Source: Tubulanus polymorphus (Eukaryota > Animalia > Nemertea). Taken from it: DNA of 64,000 nucleotides. The notes under the pieces are model-generated. The model made no database searches, was not told the origin of the DNA, and saw nothing but the letters and a program-made list of their open reading frames with translations. The position numbers and the translations under genes were made by a program. Of this stretch, positions 55,746-64,000 are shown in pieces; position 1 is the stretch's first letter, and each line of letters opens with the position of its first letter. The stretch spans positions 30,166,150-30,230,149 of the forward strand of contig NC_134026.1 of NCBI RefSeq assembly GCF_964204645.1, written 5' to 3'.

Positions 55746-58700
55746 ATGGGTAATTTGTGGATAAAGTTATTGAGTTTAACGATATTTATATTATTCACAT
55801 GCTGTTCATTGAATATTTGTGCAAACGGACAAATTTTGAAAGGAACGAATTCACCAACAACAACAACAACAGCGACCCCTCGACCGAGTTGTAGTAACAG
55901 GTAAATTTTCACACACAGAATCCACTGAAAAACCTCCACCAACTTTGCAGATTATGACTTGTCTTTGGCTTTTGCTGAGTGCTTTGCCACGTATGCATAA
56001 TACACTTGACTGCTGATGTCATGATGAGCCAGGAGGATGGTGGCTTGTCAAAATTGTCAATTCAATTAATTTTTATCAACTCCATTACGAATTAAGAACA
56101 AACTTCCAAGAATTTTCATTTTATGATAGAAGTAATCATTCAGATGGTAGTATACTAAACAATGTAGATCTTTCCCCTATAACTTGGACAACAGCTACAC
56201 TATTAGACTAATAAAAGTGAGACCCGGGCTAGTCCTAGCCTAGGCTACCTATATTTTGTCTGATGATTACAGATTCCTCCTGTTGGTTAGCACATTGGAT
56301 GGTAAAGTATCAGCACTGAATCTCGCTCAAAAAGGTTCTGTTGAATGGTCTATAGATACTGGTGTCAATCCACTTCTATCGGCTAGTATCAGTAATTTAG
56401 AGGTAAGCTTATATTGATGTTCAATCTCGTCATATTTCTTACTTATTTCAATGAGAATTTAACTGAAATAATTCTCTTCATTTACAGATAAATAAAGACG
56501 GTGTATCTATTCGCCTGATTCCGGCACTAGATGGCGGTTTGTATCAGTTTGATGGAGATAGCGTTGAAGCTATGCCGTTTACAGCAGAATCGTTGCTTTC
56601 TTCTTCCCAACGGCTAACTGAAGAATCAATGGTAGTTGGGGGTAAAGACTCGATGACATACGGCATAGATGTCAAATCTGGAGAGGTGAATATTTTCATA
56701 GGTTTCATTCAGTCACTGGATATTAGCTGTAACTAGTCGCCCTGTTAGGGTTTCATTGCCCCTTTTACTGTTTACACAGTTCTACAGCGGCGCACAGTCT
56801 ATCTGTGAGTTATTAGTATTATTGATGTTACAGGTGAAATACGTATGTCACATGTCAGGATGTCAGAAGTTTGCCGATGAAGCAGTTAAAGATGGCGAGG
56901 ATCTAATAATTATACGCAGGAATACACAAACTGTCCGCGCTGTAGAAATACGATCCGGAAATGAAAAGTAAGATTTCTGTTTAGATATATTCCGAGTTGA
57001 ATCTGGCATTACAGTATAGCAGTATCCAGCCTGGATCTTGTTGGAACAAGAAATCCTTTCCGGGGCAGGGAAGTTCGAATGGGAAAATTTGAATATTTTG
57101 CCACACGGGACATACAATGATAATCTAAGGGAAGTTTGGTCTACCGTTATATTTCATGTTTCAAGTTTTTGTTTGTTATAGTTGGAACTTCAGTGTAGGT
57201 CATCATGATGTAACATATTTACATGGTCAAAAACACGATGAAAAGGACTCTCTGAATTGTTCCGAAGGCTCTGATGACGACGTCATGGAAAATGAGAATT
57301 TGAAAGTGTTTATTCCAAATGGTTTAGTGGTCGTAGTTGATAAGAACAATCCATCTAATGTCATTTGGAAACACAAGGTATTTATAACAAAAAGATTTAT
57401 ACATAATATTCAAGTCCTGTATGAAAATCTCAGATAATGAATCATATACCGATACCCAAGGTTGTTACAGATCAGGGGGAATCAGGGAATTCTGGATTTA
57501 TTTTAGGGAATCCTCATACTTTGAAATCAGGGAATTAGAATTTTTGGTGTCTTGTTGTTCTTGCTCGTGACCAGTGGCACAAGGAATCTTTTGAAAGAAC
57601 CAGTCCCAACTGAGGAAATTTTGTGATTTAATCAGGGAATTTTGGTCAGTGGGTCGATGAAAATTGGGTAATTTTTGATTCGCTGATCAGTTAGAATCCT
57701 GTATACTTCTACTGTAGTTTGATAAACCAATTGCGAAAGCTTGGACTTTGAAGAATGGTATATTGGAAGAAGTGAGTATGTTTGATTATCGGCATGTTTC
57801 AGCACTGGCTGAACGTAACATTAAAACTGGAGCTATCGAGGAACTTCCGTCTCAACCCTTACTCTATTTAGGTAGGTGTATGTCTCAGATTCAATATTTT
57901 TGGAAATTCGAAAATGAATTTGGCCTAAACAAAGTTTTATTTCATAGGTTCATACGACAATCAGATGTATGTCCAGCCTTCGAAGAAGATGACCGACGAA
58001 ATAAATAAAGTTGTGGAGAAATATGCCAGAGGATCAAATACGGAACTGATACCGATGCCTAAAGTTGAATGGCGACCATATTTAGCATCAGGTAAATCTG
58101 CAAATAATATTGACTGCTTGAACACTTCTTGAACAAGTTATTGTAATGTAATGTATATCTGTATTTCCTTCACGTAGCACCATCCAGGACACCTCTAGTT
58201 ATTGTAAGCAAACGTAAACTAATCGGATCAACAGATTTTACGAGCATGTCTAAAGGAGCTCTTATTAAACGTAACGATGTTGAGTATCCATTCGGTAAGT
58301 TATAGTGCGTTCGGATAATAATCGCTTACAATAAGACGTCATTGATAACCCAGAATTACTGTTCATTTCAGACAATGGTTATTATCTATTCGCTGATAAG
58401 AAACCCGTCGTTCCTACGTTAGAAGAAGAAGAAACAGATTCTACGGATGATATTTCATTTGTGACTGTTATAAATGTCTCTTTCTGGTATTGGTGGTAAG
58501 TTTCGTCATCTGAGATCCTTTGTTCGAAATCGATTTTGACTTATGAAAATATATGAGTATTTTGTTGATTTACAGGAGAGAGGTGGTTGCTGTTAGTGTA
58601 ACTACATCAATTCTCGTACATATATTCATTAGTAGATATTTGAATAGAGGAATAGCTATCATCGCTACTAAGGTGTAGTATTAGTACAATATACAAATAG

Positions 58701-61700
58701 AAATTCATTTTGATGCAGAGTCGATAGGAATAATTTAGATATGACCGATTATTTCAGGTTTGCGATGATGACAGTGGAAAAGCTGAATCCAGTCAAAGTC
58801 ACGGAAATAATACAAACAACTCCGATGAAGCCGTTGTTGAACAGCCTGTAAAATCAGCTTCCTCGCCTGATCTGATGTCTGCTAATGATTTTACTTCAAG
58901 GTCATTATTCGACCAATTTTAATTCCCGTATTTCCTGCTTGTTTAGATATGAGCGTTTGACAGATAGTTGATACAATCGATAAATGGTCCTCTATATTTT
59001 CTTAAGCTCGTAGTTAATTTCGATGTTTTGACTAGCTTGAAGAATTCATTTTCATTGTGGTTACATGTTACTACACGTAGTGGCTGTTTCACCGACGGTT
59101 GTTTATATTTTCAGATATTATTCCGATTTTGAACCGATCCGATGTTTAGGAGCTGGTGGATTCGGAGTCGTTTTTGAAGCAAAGAATAAAATCGACGAAT
59201 GTCACTACGCGATTAAACGAATCTGCGTTAGAAATAGGTAATTTATTCATGATACACAGTAAACCTCTCTTCACTATGCCGCTGTAGAAGAGACAGGTTT
59301 ATGGGTAAGAGTGTTTGACTTTTTCATTTGTATTTAGTGAAAAGGCAAAAGAGAAGGTGATGAGAGAAGCGAGAGCTCTCGCTAAACTCGACCACGTCGG
59401 TATTGTCCGATATCATCAGGTGTGGATCGAGACTCCACCTCCCGGCTGGCAGGAGGAAAGAGATAGAGAAATCATATCGGATTCAAGGTGCGTTTATTTA
59501 TGATTTACGTAGGTCTACCAATTCTGGAATGCTCCTCTGGCGCGTTTATTTAGACTGATAGAAGTGGTCGGTAGAGAATTTGTAATTGGGATTTGCTATT
59601 CCTAAGCATTGATAATGTTTCCGAGTTGATTTCAATGAATACTTGAATCCTCTCTTATTTTCTAGCGCGTGCAATTCATTGTTTACTGGATCACCTGCCA
59701 CCCCCGTCGAATCAATGGGATCTTCTATATTCAAACCGAAACACGCACAAAGCGAACCGTTACTTAACGAACTGAAATTCAGTAAACCATTCGAAAACAT
59801 ACGAAAAGAATCTCCTCGAAATAACGTGAAGCGCGACGATTTCTTAAACGAAGGCAGCGGTTCATTTAGCACCGGAATGAACTCCGCGTTTAATAAAAAA
59901 CTCGACAGTTTCCGTAAACAAACAGACGATTCATCGTTCGAGGTCGTTTTCAAAAACAGCGATTCAGAATCGAGTATGAATCATGGCGATTCATCATTCG
60001 ACCACGTTCCGTTCCGGCGATATCAGAATCAGAAACGTAAAGAGGTCGCCGATGGAATCATCGAAGAAGAATCAAATTTATTCTATATCTGCGACGATTC
60101 GGGTTTCGCCGTGAAGAGCAGTAACAGCGCCGAAAATCAACCCGAGTCGGATTACTCGGAGAGCGATACGAGTTCGTTAAAAGCTGTTGTCATCGGTAAC
60201 CAGTCGAATGTTGAATGGTCGGAATCTGAATCGAAGATCGATTCGTATTCCGCTCAAAGACCGTCTACGCTGTTTTTGGATCGGGAAAATAAACCCGAAA
60301 CAACTACGACACCAATTTCGCCGATATCGGATCAACCGCGTAAACTGTACCTGTATATACAGATGCAGTTGTGTCGTCCGGAGTCGTTGAAAGACTGGTT
60401 GAATAATAACACGTTGAATCGTAATCGTAATGAACTGTTAGATATATTCATTCAGATTGTAGGAGCCGTTGAGTATGTTCATGATTGCGGCCTCATGCAC
60501 AGAGATTTGAAGGTAAGCCTCTATTCTTCAGACGTCTTGATTGATAGACTAATATAGGTTTATTATTTATTAATATAGGTTTGATATTAGGTTTACCCTG
60601 AGGTCGATTGCCTCGGATTATTGCATGCACCAGACAAATTTTCTTCAAACCACTGATACTGTGGATTCAACATGCCAAGGAGCAGATTGCATCAGATTAA
60701 GTACCAGGCGAGCGCAGTCAACTGTATTCACAAATTCCTAATCTTTATTTCTTTTCATTTTCAGCCGTCAAACATATTCTTCTCAATGGATGGAATTGTG
60801 AAGATCGGGGATTTCGGATTGGTCACCGACATGGATGAAGCTCCGGAACTCGCGCAGTTCGAGATACGTCATCAGAATCAATCTCAACAATTTACGCGTA
60901 AACATACCGACCAAGTTGGTACACAACTTTACATGAGCCCAGAACAGGTACGTATGGGAGCGTTCACAAATTACGTACCTCAAAATGTCCCGTTTTTCTG
61001 ACCCCCTCACCCCTTGTACGACCTTTGTACCAAATTCACTGACCCCCCTCTTAGGTACGTATCATCGCACCCATGACCAGCCCCAATTATATTGATGCAA
61101 AGAACACAAATCAAAAAAAATATAAATACCTGATTTCATTTATGATGTAACAAAAGAATTAAGCAAGTATTGTTGCTTATTGATTTTATATACCCGATAC
61201 TAAAAGCCGATAAAACACCAACGGCTATTTTCATTTGAGTTTGGTACATAAAGTACGTACCAAGATTGATTAATAACCCCCTCCCTCAAAGTACGTACCT
61301 TTTTTGCTGACCCCCCTCCCCCATGTACCACTTTGTACCAAAATTCAGTAACCCCCCTCCCCCCCAATGGAGATACGTAATTTATGAACGCTCCCTATCC
61401 CATATTGAAATCTGTAGCTGATTCTGATAGTTGGATCGAAATTCTCACTATCTATAATTGATTGTTTATAGATTGCAGGACAAGCGTATGACTATAAAGT
61501 AGATATTTTCTCATTGGGTTTGATATTCCTGGAATTGATGCATCCATTCTCGACCCAGATGGAAAGAGTTATGATTCTCACTCAGGCTCGACAACAGAAA
61601 TACAGTGAAAGATTTCAGAGGGAACTCCCTGAAGAGGTAATAATCAAATCCCTCTAGTCAGTTACATGGTTCTTATAGATCAAGGACATCCGTGCAGGGA

Positions 61701-61943
61701 AAATTCCTCGATCTGTAAGAACCCTGTATTAAGGCGATTAGATAATTACATGTAATTGATTATGTTGTATTTTTTCAGTGTAAATTTGTGAATTGGTTGC
61801 TATCGAATGATCCCGAAATGAGACCCGATACTAGAGAAATTCAGAGCAGTGACATGTTAGTGAATGTTGAGAGAATACGCCCTGCCCGATCTCGTACGCA
61901 AACTAGAACTATCTCTACTTCCAGCAGTAATGGCTCAACTTGA
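55746..61943 (+). CDS. EIF2AK3: Eukaryotic translation initiation factor 2-alpha kinase 3 (PERK)
   Basis: Signal peptide, IRE1/PERK luminal domain ([39 protein letters not shown]), TM ([12 protein letters not shown]), kinase ([37 protein letters not shown], long insert, [35 protein letters not shown]); TGA at 61941-61943. Confidence 0.96.
60956..61395. mobile_element. PIF/Harbinger-like MITE in PERK intron
   Basis: TIR GGGAGCGTTCACAAATTACGTA / TACGTAATTTATGAACGCTCCC with 3-bp TAT duplication on both sides; internal ACCCCCCTC/GTAC repeats. Confidence 0.8.
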
Positions 61944-64000
61944 AACACATTCCTCTAATAACTATGTTTTCCTTGCGGTGTGCGGTCCATCGATTCGTAT
62001 TTATTTCCATGTTCGTTGTATTTATTGTACTAATTTTGCTAAAGACAAACTGGGACCAGGTTCATATCATGTAAAAACAAACCATTCTATGATAATCTAG
62101 TCGTGCTAGATCTTGCTGTTGATTGTGTGATTGTATTTTTTACATTTTCACAAGTTTATGATAATCTTTATCGGGTAAATAGCGTGTGACTTATCCATGA
62201 ATTACATATTTGAATTAACGAAAAATGAAAATGGTCAATTGTTTTAGCAGATGCAGTAGGTTTTATTGCTAAAAGTCTCATGGCAAATCACTATAAAACA
62301 ATTGATAATCTTGTGATACATTAGATGATTTACTATGCACAGTATTATGTGAATTGATTAATGAAATGCAAAAGATTGAAATGTAGTCAAACCGGCTTGA
62401 TCCTGATCTAATCTGGATATTATTTACAGTCCATCTAAATCTGATGTTTATAATCAGGATTCCTCATAAACTAGAAAAGATGAATTTCCTCAGTTCCAAA
62501 TTACGATAAGCAGGTTTGACTGTAGTTATTGCCGATTACCGTAGATAAAACTTGCTCACTATGTCCGGAATATTCCCTTTCAGTAATGTACATATATTTT
62601 TGCATTTCTAGTTTCTATGTCAAAATATGAATTACTTATTTCATTAAGGGAATGGCTCATGAAGATCTGGAGAATGGGATACATCAATCCCTGCTTTACC
62701 TTATAAAACTGGAATGATTTATCTTTATTTATAGAGAAATTGTAGCCAGTGCGCGTGATTATTCTGATACTTTTGTAAAATATGTGCTGCATTTTAACAT
62801 AGTTTGTGTATATTATTGGATATTATTATTGGATTGTATCAAAAATTCATAAAGACTTGTCTATGAATTTTTGATTGTATATATATAAAATGGTGAACTG
62901 ATCATTCTTTGTTCTTCAACGATTTCGAGAAAGCTGTAAAATCTTTTGTAGAAGCATCGATCTTATTTTGAAAATAAAAAGAAATCTACCAGACATTGTT
63001 TCCAGTTACATGAATTTTGAATCCAAGTTTTCCGAAGTATTTCATGAGTGATTCTACAATTTTCACAAATAGAATAAATACTAATCATACTACAGGCCAG
63101 TCAACTTCAGTGATGATTGGTGGATACACGTGATTTTCAAGAAAAATTGCTGAAGAAAATCGCCATTGACAAATGTGAAGTGAAGTATGGAATGAATTTC
63201 TCATATATTTTCCGGATTAAAGGAAAATCTTTCTAATTCACAACTATTTCGAAATTGGAAAATATTATTTCAAAATCCTGAAGTCTTTCCTGATTTCTCA
63301 GTGCTGAAGGAACTGGGAAAAACTAGTTTTATTGGATGTGTTTCTGGGGATAGGAGAGACATTGAATCAAAAATCGGACAAGTGAGACGTGCATATGAAC
63401 TACGAATCTACGCCTCAATTATTACATAAAAAAGATTTATTTCTATAAAACTTGAAAATCTGGAACAACAACAATAAAAAAAAGAATTAAACGGTCAACG
63501 TGTCAAGAACTTTGACGCTATTTATAACAAAGGTAATTTTAAACCAGACATCACTCGGTCATTTATAGTTCAATACTAATTTGCTCCTCTGCGGTGCATG
63601 TCATTGTTTGCTCACATTTCTTACAACTGATTTCTGCCTTTCTTATCATCTCTACCGTGTATGGACTGAATTGCGTTAACAATTCCACTTCAAGCATGTG
63701 GCTTCTTACTGAAAATCAAAATATATTTTACATCAAAATCTTCTGGAGGTCACTTTTCGTTTTCCAAATTTCATGTAGGCCCTAGGCCTAACTTCCTCGG
63801 TTTTCCCAAAAACTCCCTCAGTGAATAGATCAGGTGATTGGAGAGATTTGTTGGTTTGAAATATACAATTTATTCATTTTTCATGAATCAGTGGACCCAA
63901 ATTGACCTAGATGAATTCCTTAAACGTTTTCCATGTTTTTGGCAAAATTTGTCAAATTCCCTGAGTTTTCTGTGATTTTTTTCTAGATGTCTCTGATTCC

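Noticed and set aside
62000-64000. Short ORFs after PERK
   Set aside because: AT-rich 3'UTR (AATAAA ~62973) and repeat remnants; no supportable coding signal.

Overview
Eukaryotic (animal) genomic DNA, AT-rich with short GT-AG introns. The gene content (mollusc-type anionic nAChR-like subunit, Shaw-like Kv cluster, SapA-GILT) suggests a lophotrochozoan or other marine invertebrate (inference). Genes reconstructed by hand from splice signals: SUDS3 (-, with a U12 AT-AC intron) head-to-head with GILT/IFI30 (+); an 808-aa orphan multipass membrane protein encoded by one exon (-); three tandem Shaw/Kv3-like K+ channel genes (+), two with a degenerate S6 gate; a single-WAP secreted peptide (+); a secreted tandem-VWA protein (-); three peroxisomal hydroxyacid oxidase paralogs (+,+,-); ELP3 (+); a nicotinic-alpha-like pentameric channel subunit with no Cys-loop disulfide and an anion-type pore motif (-); and PERK/EIF2AK3 (+). 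Mobile DNA: two copies of an IS3EU-like MITE (6-bp TSDs), a 5.3-kb CMC/EnSpm-like element with E-box-rich subterminal repeats, a Harbinger-like MITE, Tc1-like MITEs, tRNA-derived SINE-like heads and a 53-bp tandem repeat. The most unusual signals are the Cys-less, putatively anion-selective nAChR-alpha subunit and the putative regulatory ('silent') Shaw subunits.
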